Assembly: GCF_963921235.1 (NCBI RefSeq)
Contig: NC_086108.1
Span: forward strand, 18,042,001 to 18,106,000
DNA: 64,000 nt
Direction of reading: 5' to 3'
Source of the DNA: Mobula hypostoma
Taxonomy: Eukaryota
Position numbers and translations under genes: made by a program. Under the pieces are notes generated by a model. The model was given only the letters and a program-made list of their open reading frames with translations. It was not told the DNA's origin and made no database searches. Below are positions 24,211 to 38,204 of the stretch, piece by piece (position 1 is the stretch's first letter; each line of letters opens with the position of its first letter).

Positions 24211-24652
24211 AGTTGAGTCTCTTCAAACTTAATATCATTTAATAGAGCTGGCAATTATGCTGTTCAGTGGTTAACTGATCTGGTGATCTATCAGTAGGGC
24301 CATGTACTGCCCTGGTTATTCCTCAATGGAACAATTTTCTGGTGAGTGAAATCATTCAACTGATTACTGGTCAAATGGATGCTGGAAATATTTATTAATC
24401 TTGATTTTGGACTGAATTAACTTGCATTGGCCTGATTAATTTTGGGGAAATTGACCTGATTATTGGTAGCTGGAAACATTGATTCTCTTTTAATAATCAG
24501 TGTAATCATGAGTCACATTGATCAGATTAAGCAATTATTGATCTAATTATTATTCAATTGATTCATTCATCAATTTCAGCATTATAACGGTAAATGTTTA
24601 TCAATGATTGTTGATGAGTCCTGAGTTGGCTTGACTGGAAGCTGGCTGTGTT

Positions 24653-25924
24653 TTGGAACCTGTTGAGGGAAAGAGAGTGGGGAAGGAACGGAAATTGCTG
24701 GGAGGGGGTCGTGTGGGTCTGGTAATGGTGGACAAGATAAGAGGTGGGGTTGAGGGAAAGAAAGTGGAGAAGGAGAGGGATAGAGACTTGGGACCAGAGG
24801 TAGGCAGCTGGAGAGAGGTGGATTATTGTGAAGGGAGAAATAAAGGGAATGAGGAGGTAGTGAGGGGTTGGATGAATAAAAACCAAGACAAAGGGAATAA
24901 AAGAATAAGAAATGATAGTGGAGAAAGCTCTGAAAGTGAGGAAGATGAACAAGCTCAGAGAGGAGGTGTTGTCATAATTAGGTTTAATGAGAAGGCTCAG
25001 GGACATATGAAGAAAATTAACCCGTTTGTGCTAACAACAACTCTGACAAATAAGATAGGAGAAATAGTATTTGCAAAAGTCCTTAATGATGGCAACTTAC
25101 TGGTAAGATGTGCGAATGAGGAACAACTTGAGAAAGCACTCAAGCTAAAAGAGATAGGAAAATGCAAGGTGGAATACACTGGGAGGGTGGGAGCACAAAA
25201 CAGTGGTTGTAAAGGAGTGATTACGGGGATACCAATGAGTATAAATATGGAGGAGATAAAGAGGAATATCAAAGGAGGGAAAGTAATGAATGTTCAAAGA
25301 CTGAAAACAACAAAGGAGGGAGTGAAAAAGGAAAGTGAATCTGTATTGATTGATTTTGAAGAAGAAAGAGTGCCAAGGAAGGTGTTCCTGGGTTTCATGA
25401 GTTACCCAGTAAGGGTGTATGTGCCAAAGCCATTGAGGTGCTATAATTGTCAAAGGTTTGGACACGTGGCTAAAAACTGTAAAAGGCAGAGGAGATGTGC
25501 TAGATGTGGGGGTGATCATGAATATGGAAAGTGCAGAACAGGAGTTCAACCAAAATGCTGCAATTGTGGAGGAGCTCATAATGTTGCATATAGTGGGTGT
25601 GAGGTTGTGAGACGGGAGACTAAAATTCAAGAAATAAGAGTGAAAAGAAAGATCACTTATGCAGAAGGTGTAAGAATATCAAGAGAACAGAATAATGTTC
25701 CTAATGAACAGGGAGCAATAGGGATACGAGAGATGCAACAAAGAACAAATGACAGGATTTATGTAGACAAAAGGGCTCTAGTAACATTCATTGCAGGAGT
25801 GATTAATAGTACTGCTGAGGTAAAGTCAAAAAGTGACAAAATTCAGCTGGTGGTAAAAGCAGCAGTTAAACCATTTAGGGTTAGTAGGACTGACATGGGA
25901 GGAAGTGAGGGAGAACCTCAGTAA
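24653..25924 (+). CDS. LINE ORF1 gag-like protein with three zinc knuckles
   Basis: 423-codon ORF with CYNCQRFGHVAKNC, CARCGGDHEYGKC and CCNCGGAHNVAYSGC. The true start is uncertain, and a frameshift near the C-terminus is possible. Confidence 0.88.
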   Translation: MEPVEGKRVGKERKLLGGGRVGLVMVDKIRGGVEGKKVEKERDRDLGPEVGSWREVDYCEGRNKGNEEVVRGWMNKNQDKGNKRIRNDSGESSESEEDEQAQRGGVVIIRFNEKAQGHMKKINPFVLTTTLTNKIGEIVFAKVLNDGNLLVRCANEEQLEKALKLKEIGKCKVEYTGRVGAQNSGCKGVITGIPMSINMEEIKRNIKGGKVMNVQRLKTTKEGVKKESESVLIDFEEERVPRKVFLGFMSYPVRVYVPKPLRCYNCQRFGHVAKNCKRQRRCARCGGDHEYGKCRTGVQPKCCNCGGAHNVAYSGCEVVRRETKIQEIRVKRKITYAEGVRISREQNNVPNEQGAIGIREMQQRTNDRIYVDKRALVTFIAGVINSTAEVKSKSDKIQLVVKAAVKPFRVSRTDMGGSEGEPQ

Positions 25925-25966
25925 TCAGTCAAGCGAGGAAGTGTCTTGAGTTGGTTAATACTAATT

Positions 25967-28900
25967 ATGGTGATTCTTTTACAATGGAATGCAAGGAGCT
26001 TACTGGCCAATAGCCAGGAATTCAAGCACTTTATTAAAGAAATGGTTGTAAAACCGGATGTAGTGTGTATTCAGGAAACTTGGTTGAAACCAACTTTAGA
26101 CTTTGTGGTATATGGGTATACAATGATAAGGAAAGATAGAAATCTAGGGGGAGGAGGGGGTTGTGCTATGTTAATCAAGCAAGGTATACCATATAGGGTA
26201 CTGGAAAAAGGAGATGATCAGGAATACATAGTGGTGGAAGTGTGGGAGAGAGGGGAAGGAGTGGTTATAATTAACTACTACAATCCATGTAAAAGGTTGG
26301 ATTTGGACAGCCTATTAAAGATACAAGGACAAAACAGACATAAAGTAGTGTGGTGTGCAGATTTCAATGCTCATAGCACAATATGGGGGGATCAGATTAC
26401 AGATCCAAATGGGAAGGTAATTGAAGATTTGATGGAAGAAAGGGATTTGGTGTGTATGAATGATGGTAGCGGCACAAGGATAGATATAACAACAGGAACT
26501 GAGTCAGTGTTAGATATTACGTTAGTGTCTAATACCTTGGCTGGCGTTAGGAACTGGGGAGTTTGGACTGCTTCAACAGTAGGCAGTGATCACTACCCAG
26601 TTTTGTGTTCAGTGGGTGAAAGAGTTGAGGTAAGACCAGGTGGCGGAACCCCAAAGTGGGTGTTTGAAAAAGCTGATTGGGGAAAGTTCCAGAAGTTGAG
26701 TGAAGAAGGGTTGACAAAGATTGATATTTCTGGAAATGTAGATGAATTAAACAGTCAGGTGACTTCAGCAATTATGGCAGCAGAAGGATCTATACCTAGG
26801 AGTAAAAATAGGATGAATAGAAAACTGGTACCATGGTGGACAGAGGAATGTTGTCAGGCTGTAAAAAACAGAAATAGAGCATTCAGGCTAGTTAAAAGAA
26901 CCCATAATATGCAGCATTTGGTTCAATATAAGAAAGCACAGGCAGTGGTGAGAAGAACTATACATCAAGCTAAAAGGGCAAGTTGGAGGAGTTTTTGCGA
27001 CAAGGTAGGAAGAACAACACCTGTGGGAGAGATATGGGGAATGATTAAGAGGATGGGAGGAGATAGAAGGGAATGGGAATATCCAGTAATGATATCTGAG
27101 GAGGAAACTGCAGTCTCCAGTAGGGATAAGGCTGAGGTCATGGCCAAATCATTTGTACTGATACACAGTTCAGAAAATTTGTCTGAAGAAGGGAGAAGAA
27201 GAAGGGAAAGAATAATGAGCCAACACCCAGGTGTGTTAAGCAGGAGGGAAGGAACAGATGATATAATTGATGATCCATTTACATTAGCAGAAATGGTGAG
27301 AGCAATAAAGAGATCGAGACCAACCTCCCCAGGGAAAGATCTGATATGCTCTGTGATGCTAAAAAATCTGGGAGAAGGAGCGCTCCTGAAGTTGCTGCAT
27401 TTTTATAACAGAGTGTGGGAGGAGGGAAGATTACCAAGTGCATTACCAGTAATTCCAATAAGGAAGCTGGCAAGGATCTGTCAAAACCCACTAGCTACAG
27501 ACCAATTACATTAACATCAAGTATATGTAAGATAATGGAAAGGATGATAACAGAAAGGTTATCATATGAGCTTGAGAAAAGGGGAATGCTGGCAAGTTAT
27601 CAGAGTGGTTTTAGAAAGGGAAGGAATTCCATGGACTCAGTGATTATGTTAGAGACTGAAATAAGGAAGGCCCAGGCAAATAGAGAGTCAGTAGTGGCAG
27701 TGTTCTTTGACATTGAAAAAGCCTATGATATGATGTGGAAGGAAGGATTATTAATTAAACTGCACAAGATGGGGGTTGGTGGGAGAGTTTTTAATTGGAT
27801 TAAAGATTTTTTGTTTGGTAGAAAAATTCAAGTTCGGATTGGATCAGAATTATCAAAACAGTACATAGTGGAAAATGGCACACCTCAAGGTAGTGTGATT
27901 AGCCCATTACTTTTCATGATTATGATCAATGATGTCTTCACAAAGGTACCAGTGGATATAGGTAGGTCACTGTTTGCGGATGATGGGGCCTTGTGGAAAA
28001 GAGGCAGGAACATGGACCATATAATCAGGAAACTACAAGAAGCAATTGATGAAGTGGTGGAGTGGGGTTATGATTGGGGATGTAGATTTTCAGTAGACAA
28101 AACTCAAACTGTATTTTTTTTACCAGGAAAAGGGTCGAGGTAGGGAAGAAGTTAAGGATGTATGGGGTTGAATTAGAAAGGGTTGCATCATTTAAATTTC
28201 TGGGAGTTATATTTGATTCACAATTAACATGGGCAGACCATATCAGGAAAGTTGAGGAGAAATGTAAAAAAGTAACAAATGTGATGAGATGTTTGACTGG
28301 TAGGGAATGGGGAGCAAGTTGTTCAGCTTTGAAGAGAATGTATGTGGCTTTAGTAAGATCTGTACTGGATTATGGAAATATAGTATATGGATCAGCAGCT
28401 AGGTCTCTTATAAGGAAACTGGATGTGATTCAGGGTCAGGCCTTGAGAGTGTGCAGTGGAGCTTTTAAAACGTCACCAGTGTCAGCCCTACAGGTAGAAA
28501 TGGGAATAATCCCTTTGGAACTAAGAAGGATGCAACTGATGGCAAACTACTGGGCTAACTTGCAGGGGCACAATGATTCTCACCCTACTAAAGGAGTGTT
28601 GCAGGACTGCTGGGAAAATGGGAGGTTTCAGAGAGATACCTTTAGTCGGGTAGGGAATGATATCGCGAAAGAATGTGGAGTATTTGATCTGAGGATAAGT
28701 CCTTCAGTAGTTTATCTGGTTGTAGCTCCATGGAAGCTTGTATGGTCTGACATAGACTGGCATTTGTTAAAGGTAAAAAGGAAAGAAAGATATAAAACAG
28801 ATTTGGTAAATGCATTTAACTGTCATGTGATGGAAAAGTATAGTGATTATACTCACATTTATACGGATGGTGCGAAGGAACCTGAAACAGAAGTGACAGG

Positions 28901-29709
28901 GTTTGGGGTGGTAATACCAGCAAAAGAAATTGGAATCAGCAGAAGAACATCTAATAAGTTAGGGGTGTTTACAGTGGAGATGCTGGTGGTGTTGGTTGCG
29001 TTGCAATGGGTGCAGAAAGCCAGACAAGCCAAAGCATTGATATGTTCAGATTCATCCTCAGTTCTAGCAAGTTTAAGGTCTTTTCACACAAACAGTCGGC
29101 AAGATGTACTTTGTGAAGTCCTTCAGTTAGTTACAAGAATTGCAAATCAGGGAGGTCAGGTAAAATTTCTATGGGTTCCAGCACATGTAGGGGTGAAGGG
29201 GAATGAGAGGGTGGATGAGTTGGCAAAGAGGGCGTTAAAGAAAGAAAATGTGGAAATGCACATTAGTATCAGTAAAGCAGAGGTTAAGTGTGTAATCTGG
29301 GAAAAAGTCAACCGAATATGGCAAGAAAGATGGGACAGGGAGGGGAAAGGGAGGCATTTATATCAAATACAAAAGAATGTTGCAGTTACTAGGGTAGGTA
29401 ATGGAAACAGAAGAGAGGAAATTGTGTGGACTAGGTTAAGGCTGGGGCACTGTGCATTAAACAAAACTGAAAATGATAGGGAAACACCAGACAGGATTGT
29501 GTGAGGAATGTCAGGAAGATGAGTCAGGAGAACATGTAGTTTTGTGTTGCAGGAAGTATGGGATACAGAGAGAGATGATGAGAAATAAATTAAGGGAGTT
29601 GGGGATGCAGGAATTCACATTAAAAGGGTTGCTGGGCGTGGGTGAGAGAGCACAAGTCCGGGTATTTTTAGCGTTTTTAAGGGGTACAGGGGTTTTTCAT
29701 AGAATATGA
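25967..29709 (+). pseudogene. LINE ORF2: APE + RT + RNase H + CCHC, three frameshifts
   Basis: LQWNARS, CIQETW, DFNAH, GSDHYP; FFDIEKAYD, GTPQGSVISP, LFADD; IYTDG, SDS, WVPAHVGVKGNERVDELAK; CEECQEDESGEHVVLCC. Breaks near 27470, 28130 and 29470. Confidence 0.93.
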
Positions 29710-29764
29710 CGAATAAACAGGAATAGGATACTAGGATGGTCAAAGATGGGAGGGTGAAGTTTAG

Positions 29765-29812
<48 letters not shown>

Positions 29813-31214
29813 TTGGGTGAAGGGATTTAGAATGTATGTCTAGTGCACACTCTGGAGCAGAGGGTGGCGGTAATGCACCATTAAGCTGGATGCCAACCGC
29901 CGTAAAACAAGATACAGACAGACAGATCAATGATTGTTGGTCAGGAGACTTATTATGGATGAGGCCAATGGGGATATTCTGAAGTCTGACTATTTATCAA
30001 TAGGATTCTGATTATTGACAAACACAATAATTCATTAAATTTGTTAACCTATCTGAATAATAGTGTTTATCAGCAGTTTAATATATCATCAATCATATTG
30101 GTGCTGAAGGGTGATAGATCTCACAAACTTTTGCTTGGTAGAAATCACACTTGCAGTAGTGAAGTGCTTTCAGAGGTTGGTCATGGATAGAATTAACTTC
30201 TACCTGAGCAAGGATCTGGACCTGCCTACTGCAATTTGCCTACAGCCACAATGTCTATATCAGATCAAATCTCATTGGCTCTCCATTTGGCCTTGAACCA
30301 CCAGGACAACGGCAATACCTACATCAGGCTTCTGTTTACTGATTACAGCTCACTGGTCAATACCATCATCTCCTCAGAACTAATCAAAAAGTTTCAAAAA
30401 TTGGGCCTCTGTGCCACCCGCTGCAGGAACCACAATCAGTGTGGATCAGACAAAGCATCTCCTTGCTGACAATCAACGCAGGCACACCTCGAGGATGAGT
30501 GCTTAGCTTGCTGCACTACCCTCTCTACATTCATAATTGTGTGGTTAGACACAGCTGAAACATGCCACAGCCACAGTTGTTATTGGCAGAATCTCAGATG
30601 TCAATGAAGAGAAGACAAACAGGTGTGAGATAGATTAGCTGGTTGAGTGACGTCACAACGACAATCAAAATCGTACACAGTAAATTCATTAGCTGAATTT
30701 CAGGAAGGCAAAGTTGGGAAAACACAAATCAGTCCTCATTGAAGGGTCATGAGTGGAAAGGGTGAGCAGTTTCATGTTCCTGGCGGTCAACATCTCTGAA
30801 GATCTATCCTAGACCCAATATATTAATGCAATTATGAGGAAGGGATGCCGATGGTTATATTTCTTCAGGAGTTTGAGAAGATTTGGTATGGTACCAAAGA
30901 TTCTAGCAAATTTCTACAAATGTACTGTAGAGAGCATTCTAACTGCTTACATCTGTCTGAAATGGGGGTGCCAATGCACAGGAAGAGAAAAATTGCAGGG
31001 AGTTGCAAACTTCCCCAACTCCATCATGGGTACTAGCCTCCCCACCATTAAGGACATCTTTAAAAGATGCCTCAAAAAGGTGACATCCATTATCAAAGAC
31101 CCTCACCATTGAAAACATGAGACTGAAGACCCACACTCAATGTTTTAGGAACTGCTTCTCCTCTACCATCAGATTTCTGAACAGTTTATGAACACATGAA
31201 CACAACACTCGGCA

Positions 31215-32128
31215 TGGGGGTAGAAGGGTGGGTTGAAATATTTGCAGACGACACAAAGGTTGGTGGTGTTGTAGATAGTGTAGAGGATTGTCGAAGATTG
31301 CAGAGAGACATTGATAGGATGCAGAAGTGGGCTGAGAAGTGGCGGATGGAGTTCAACCCGGAGAAGTGTGAGGTGGTACACTTTGGAAGGATGAACTCCA
31401 AGGCAGAGTATAAAGTAAATGGCAGGATACTTGGTAGTGTGGAGGAGCAGAGGGATCTGGGGGTACATGTCCACAGATCCCTGAAAGTTGCCTCACAGGT
31501 AGATAGGGTAGTTAAGAAAGCTTATAGGGTGTTAGTTTTCATAAGTCAAGGGATAGAGTTTAAAAGTCGCGATGTGACTATGCAGCTTTATAAAACTCTT
31601 GGTTAGGCCACACTTGGAGTACTGTGTCCAGTTCTGGTCACCTCACTATAGGAAGGATGTGGAAGCACTGGAAAGGGTACAGAGGAGATTTACCAGGATG
31701 CTGCCTGGTTTAGAGTGTATGCATTATGATCAGAGATTAAGGGAGCTAGGGCTTTACTCTTGGAGAGAAGGAGGATGAGAGGAGACATGATAGAGGTGTA
31801 CAAGATAATAATAGGAATAGATAGAGTGGAAAGCCAGCACCTCTTCCCAGGGCACCACTGCTCAATACGAGAGGACATGGCTTTAAGGTAAGGGGTGGGA
31901 AGTTCAAGGGGGATATTAGAGGAAGGTTTTTTACTCAGAGTGGTTGGTGCGTGGAATGCACTACCTGAGTCAGTGGTGGAGGCAGATACACTAGTGAAGT
32001 TTAAGAGACTACTAGACAGGTATATGGAGGAATTTATGGTGGGGGGTTATATGGGAGGCAGGGTTTGAGGGTTGGCACAACATTGTGGGCCGAAGGGCCT
32101 GTACTGTGCTGTACTATTCTATGTTCTA
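31215..32128 (+). mobile_element. CR1 3' fragment
   Basis: FADDTKVGG...EFNPEKCEVVHFG; TTCTATGTTCTA tail. Confidence 0.92.
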
Positions 32129-32240
32129 CCTCACTATTTTGTTCTCTTTTTGCACGTTTGTTTTGTATTTCTAATGTAACATAGTATTTTTAAGGTACTG
32201 CACTGTATAGTACCATAAAATGACAACATTTCACAAAATG

Positions 32241-33257
32241 TGACTAGTGGTGTGCCACAGGGATTAGTGCTGGGTCCATTGTTATTTGTCATCTATATCA
32301 ATGATCTGGATGGTAATGTGGTAAATTGGATCAGCAAATTTGCTGATGATTCAAACATTGGAGGTGTAGTAGACAGTGAGGAAGGTTTTCAGAGCCTGCA
32401 GAGGGACTTGGACCAGCTGGAAAAATGGGCTGAAAAATGGCTGATGGAGTTTAATACAGACAAGTGTGAGGTATTGCACGTTGGAAGGACAAACCAAGGT
32501 AGGACATACAGGGTTAATGGTAAGGCACTGAGGAGTGCAGTGGAACAGAGGGATCTGGGAATATAGATACAAAATTCCCTAAAAGTGGCATCACAGGTAG
32601 ATAGGGTTGTAAAGAGAGCTTTTGGCACATTGGTCTTTATTAATCAAAGTATTGAGTATAAGAGCTGGAATGTTATGATGAGGTTGTATACGGCATTGGT
32701 GAGGCCGAATCTGGAGTCTTGTGTTCAGTTTTGGTCACCAAATTACAGGAAGGATATAAATAAGGTTGAAGGAGTGCAGAGAAGGTTTACAAGGATGTTG
32801 CCAGGACTTGAGCAACTCAGTTACAGAGAAAGGTTGAATAGGTTAGGACTTTATTCCCTGGAGCGTAGAAGAATGAGGGGAGATTTGATAGAGGTATATA
32901 AAATTATGATGGGTATAGATAGAGTGAATGCAAGCAGGCTTTTTCTACTGAAGCAAGGGGAGAAAAAAACCAGAGGACATGGGTTGAGGGTGAGAGGGGA
33001 AAAGCTTAAAGGGAACATTGCGGGGGGGCTTCAGACAGAGAGTGATGGGAGTATGGAATGAGCTGCCAGATGAGGTAGTAAATGCGGGTTCTTCTTTAAC
33101 ATTTAAGAATAAATTGGACAGATACATGGATGGGAGGTGTATGGAGGGATATGGTCTGAGTGCAGGTCAGTGGGACTAGGTAGAAAATGGTTCGGCACAG
33201 CCAAGAACGGCCAAAAGGCCTGTTTCTGTGCTGTAGTTTCTATGGTTCTATGGTTCT
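32241..33257 (+). mobile_element. CR1 3' fragment
   Basis: SGVPQGLVLGP, KFADD, RRMRGDLIEVYK; (TTCTATGG)n tail; possible TSD AAAATG (32235-32240, 33258-33263). Confidence 0.92.
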
Positions 33258-33595
33258 AAAATGCATCAGTCGTAATAAACATGATTCTGATTTTGAACCT
33301 AATCATTAGTTATCACAATGGCATTTTAACTAATTAGACTAAATAATGGTCAGTAGAACTAATTGAGTTGATTATTAATAAAATGTATCCATTTTGATAC
33401 TACCTTTCACAATCTTAACACACTTTATTTTATAATCAACAATTTAATTTAGCAACATCATTAGTGCTTTAATACAGAAAAGACCTTTGTTTTATGATGC
33501 TAGTTGAAATATATATTTGACCATCAATTGGAATAGAAAAGTCACTAATTGAACTGATTAATATTCATTAAATTATTAACCAGTAATAAGGCATG

Positions 33596-33822
33596 CAACA
33601 CATAAAAAAAATACAGGAGGAATTCAGTAAGCCAGATAGCATCTATGGAAATTTCTGTTAATGTTTTGGGCTGAAACCCTTCAGTAGGACTTGCTGAAGA
33701 GTTTCAGCTTGAAACATCAACAATACTCTTTTCCTTAGATGCTGCTTGGCCTGCTGTGTTCCTCCAGCATTTTGTGTGTGTTGCTTGGATTTTCAGCATC
33801 TGCAGATTTTCTCTTGTTTGTG
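33596..33822. mobile_element. Fold-back Penelope-terminus element (old)
   Basis: Left arm CAACAC...GAATTCAGTAAGCCAGATAGCATCTATGG mirrors right arm AGATGCTGCTTGGCCTGCTG...GTGTTG. Two opposed decayed hammerhead cores at the centre. Confidence 0.75.
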
Positions 33823-33824
33823 AT

Positions 33825-34795
33825 TAGACCATTGGACAGAGGAGCTAAATTAGGCCACCCATCCCATTGAGTCTGCTCCACCATGCTATCATGGCTGATT
33901 TATTATCCCTCTCAACACTGCCTTCTCTCTGTAACCTTTGCACTGACTAATTATATTAACTTTGACTAATCAACCTATCAACCTCCACTTTAAATATGCT
34001 CAATGATTTGGTCTCCACAGCCATCTATGGCAGTGAATTCCACAGACACACCACCTCTGGCTAACAAAATTTCTCCTCTTCTCTGTTGAAAATGGACATC
34101 CTTCTATTCTGAAGCTGTGTGTTTTGGTCCTAGACTCACCCACTGGGAAACATCTTCTCTACATCCACTCTATCTAGGCCAATCAGTATTTGATAGGTTT
34201 CAGTGAAACCCATCCTCGTTTTCCTAAACTTCTTTGAGTATAGGCCCAGAGCCATCAAATACTCATCATGCATTAACCCTTTCATTCCTGGAATCATTCT
34301 CGTGACCCTACTCTGGACCCTTGTCAAATGCAAGCAGATCTTTTCTTGGATAAGGGGTTCAAAACTGCCTACAATACTCAATGTGTGGTCTGATCAATGC
34401 CTTATAAAGTCTTATCATCACATCCTTGATCTTGTATTCGAGTCTTCTCAAAATGAATGCTTAAGATCAGATTTGCCTTCTGACTTGTCCTGCAATTTAA
34501 CCAAAGAACTCCCAAGTCCCTTTGCACCTCTTATTTTTGGATTTTTTTCCCCATTTAGTGCATGACCATACAATTCTCTACACTGCCACTTCTTTGCCTA
34601 TTTTCTCAGTCTAAGTCCTTCTGTAGACAGCCTGCTTCCTCAACACCACCTGCCCCTCTCGCCCATCTTTCTCATGTGTGCAAATTTGGCCACAAAAGCA
34701 TCAATTCTGGCATCCAAATCATTGACACATAATATAAAAAAGCGGTCCCAACACTGACCACTGCAGAACACCATAGTCACTGCCAGGCAATCAGA
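33825..34795 (-). mobile_element. CR1 3' fragment
   Basis: RVTRMIPGMKGL...LGLYS; similar to 5394-6330. Confidence 0.85.
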
Positions 34796-36324
34796 ATTAA
34801 TTAGTCGAATCCAGCGGTGAGATTACTTTAAAATCTGATTATTCTCCATTGATCTATTTATTGTCAGCAGAAGTATTCATCAGTGTGATTAATGGCACAG
34901 AATCAGTATACGCCCCAGTTATTGGTCAGTGGAATTATTCATTGATTTGATCATTGTCACTAGAATCAATCAACAATGTTTTAATTTATCAGCAGAATTA
35001 TTTGTCAACCCAGTCATAACAGTAGTGTTATAAATAAATGTTTTTTTTGTTTCATGAATAATAAGTCTGTTCTTTACTATTTATTGACGTTATTGTAGAT
35101 TGTAGCATGTGGTTATTGGTCAGTACAATCAACAGTCTGAGTACTCATTGATCTGTTTATTAACCAGAATGATTCATTGATATAATAATTGGACTGTGAA
35201 AATGTTTATTGATTTTTGTCATTCTGACCAGAATCAGTAAATGATAATCATTTTAAAGGCGTTCATTGATATCTTTATTAGTTAAGTTATTGACCTATCA
35301 GTTTCTGATTGCTACTTACTGATCTAAATGGTCAGACAAATCCTTCTAAGAAGAATTGTCAGCAGAATCAGAGGTTGGCATAATTATTAATCAGTTATAT
35401 CATTCATGGATGTGAATATTATCAGCATAATTCTTGGTTTATTTCCACCAGAATCTCAAATCGGCATTCATGCTCTATGGACTTGATCTGATTGTTATCA
35501 ATAGAATTATTCATTGATTTGATTATTAGCTAATTTGTATATTTTCAGTAGAATTATACATTCATCTATTACTAGTCTGGAAAAGCCATTGAGATACCTG
35601 AAATACATTAATCTCATCATTAGTTAATATGATTGCTAGTTGGAATGACTGAAAGCTCTAATTCCTGTGACTGCAACAATATTATCAGTCTGATGAATGA
35701 TTTTATTCTCAGTGATCAAGCTTATAAATTATTCTGTTGACTAGAAATCAGACCATTCCACAATTTCACTGATACTTGCAGTTTTTTTTAGTAGTTTGAT
35801 TATAGGTTGCAGAATCTTTAATAGCTGTGTTGATTTTGTTATTGATAGGTCGATCCTTCTTTAGTTCATTGATGAGTCACTATGGACCAATAATCTGATT
35901 TATTAAAGAATGTTTGCTAATCAGCAGAAATATTCCTTGATTTGACTGTTGCTCAATAGATTTATCTTGCACTATTATTTTTCTCTGTAGAATGGTGTGT
36001 AACGTTCTAAATATTGGACCATTAGTTAATCAATGATCATCAAGAGTAAAGTCCTTCAGCAATCTGTTTACTGATATAGCTCAGAAATTATTCATTACTT
36101 TCTCTTTATTGTAATTGGGATCATTCATCCATCTGAATATTGATCAGGAGAATGATTTGTTGTACAATTGGACAATGAACTGATGTGACAGATGATGGTC
36201 CTTCATTGATCCCTTTACTGACAGCAGAAAACATTCATTGCCCTGACCATTAGGCTAGTGCAGTCATTTATTGATTAGATTATTGATTAGGTGAATCACA
36301 TAGGATTGCAGCACAATCAATAGT

Positions 36325-36957
36325 ATCCTGACTAACTGCATTACCATCTAGTATGGGAATCGCAATACATCAGTTCACTAGATGCTGCAATGGATAATGA
36401 GGACAGCTGAAAACATCAGGGTCTTTCTCCACCACCCCCCAACCAGGATATATATCAGAAGTTTCATACATATATATATCTCACACACATATATATATAG
36501 TGCCTCCAGCATTGTCAAACACTTTTCCCATAATCTTTTTGACCTCCTGCTGTCAGGCAGAAGGTACCACAGCATAAGAACCAGAACTGTCAGGCTGGGT
36601 TACAGCTTCTTCCCTCGACTGTTTCCCTTACTCACAGACACACTCTCAAACTGCACTGGTCACTTTTCATCTTTTATTGTTGCTGTTTCACATGTTTACT
36701 TGACTGCTTGTATTTTTGTAATAGTGTCAGGAACATTTTACTGTCTCACATAAGCATGAACCTCACACTTTGTCGGCTTTTCAGTCTTCAGGCCATTCCA
36801 CTCAGGGACTTGTGCTAACATTAATTTGTGACTGTGCTAGAATTAACTAAATGTGCTGTATGTGACTGTATGTACTATGTTTTGCACCTTGGCTCCAGAG
36901 GAACAATGGTTCATTTATCTGTATACAGGTATATAGTCAAGTGAAGTTGAACTTGAA
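36325..36957 (+). mobile_element. Rex1/Babar 3' fragment
   Basis: LFDLLLSGRRYHSIRTRTVRLGYSFFP; (AACTTG)n-like tail. Confidence 0.8.
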
Positions 36958-38204
36958 AGAGGCCATTTAACATTTGTTTTATTTTTTTCTCATCCTTTCT
37001 CATCTAAATGTATTGGCATTGTTGTCTACTTGCCATAAAGCTTTACACCCCAACCCTTTTTTCTGGCAATGAGTCACCACTCCTGAGTGAGAGAGTCGAT
37101 CTGAACTCCTTTTGAATTTGTTGCTGATTGCTCCAGTAATATTTCTTCATGCACGTGAAACCATTCTTTCTATATTCATGATCAAAAGTGTTAAAAAAAT
37201 TAAAAGGCCTCGGTAAGGCCATTCCTCAGACCGCTTTTCTTTTCATCCTTTCCTGAAGCGTATACTGTTCCATTTCCTTTATCACTCTTGTAAGTCATCT
37301 CTCCATTCTCTCCAGTGACTTTGCATCCTAATGCTAACCTGGCAACAAGAACTGCAGTTTGGTCCAAATATAATTTGATATAATTAACATAACTAGCTCT
37401 TTACAATTCCACCCTCTTGAAATAAATCCTAGTGACTACTCTGATTTTTAATGGTGTTGCTAACCTGCGATTAAACCTTTGTGGCTTCTATTGTATTCCA
37501 AGGTCCTTTTGTTCTTCCAGCTTTCTTGGACCCATAACCACCAGGGAATGAGCCAGCACTCTGCTTTTCCTACTAGGCAGTTATCTTTGTTGAATTTCCA
37601 CTTCAGTTTTAATAAATGCTAATTATTTGCCTATTTCATTGTTCTTCTGTAGTTTGTTGCAGTTCTCCCTAATATTGACTCTGACTAATTAACCACGTAG
37701 AAATTTAGAAGCTCAAAACTGATTTTGCTGTTTATTTTCCAAGCTAGGACACTTGCTCCTCTCCACTGTCTTTATTCCATTACTTTAGGGTTACCCTACC
37801 TTCTATTCTGTCCATATTTTTTAAAAGTCAGTCAAAATGTTCATTCATCTGATTATTGACCTATTATCCTATCCATTGTTCTGATCACCAGTTTAAAAAA
37901 TATTTAACTTTCCTTGTTCTAGAATAGTAGTTGCATTGATCTGACTTTTATCAGAATCATTTTTGTTAACATGCTTATTGAAATGTAGTAAGAAGGATTG
38001 TGATTATTTGTTAATGTGATCAATCTTTGGTCTTATTATTAGTTGGTAGAATAACAGTTCTATATTATGATCATTGACTTGATTATCAATCAATGGTTTC
38101 ATTCATTGGTTCAGTTATCGATCAGTAAATATTGATAGTAAATGTATTCATTGGTCTGATTATTGGCCAGTAGAATATAGAATATTCATTGTTCCTTGAA
38201 CAGA

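Larger units (their letters stand above)
24614..29925 (+). mobile_element. I-group (Nimb-like) LINE with RNase H, near full length
   Basis: 14-bp TSD ATCAATGATTGTTG (24600-24613, 29926-29939); gag-like ORF1; APE-RT-RNH-CCHC ORF2; 3' stem-loop GGCGGT...ACCGCC and (CAGA)n tail. Confidence 0.93.
30140..33297 (+). mobile_element. Decayed Rex1/Babar LINE 3' half with two nested CR1 fragments
   Basis: VKCFQRLV, YIRLLFTDYSS, NFYKCTVESILT, IIKDPHH; tail (GATTCT)n at 33282-33297. Confidence 0.8.

Noticed and set aside
34795..36325. The array as a coding repeat or C/D snoRNA cluster
   Set aside because: The period is not a multiple of 3, stop codons are frequent on both strands, and the TGATTA...CTGA spacing is too short for C/D snoRNAs.
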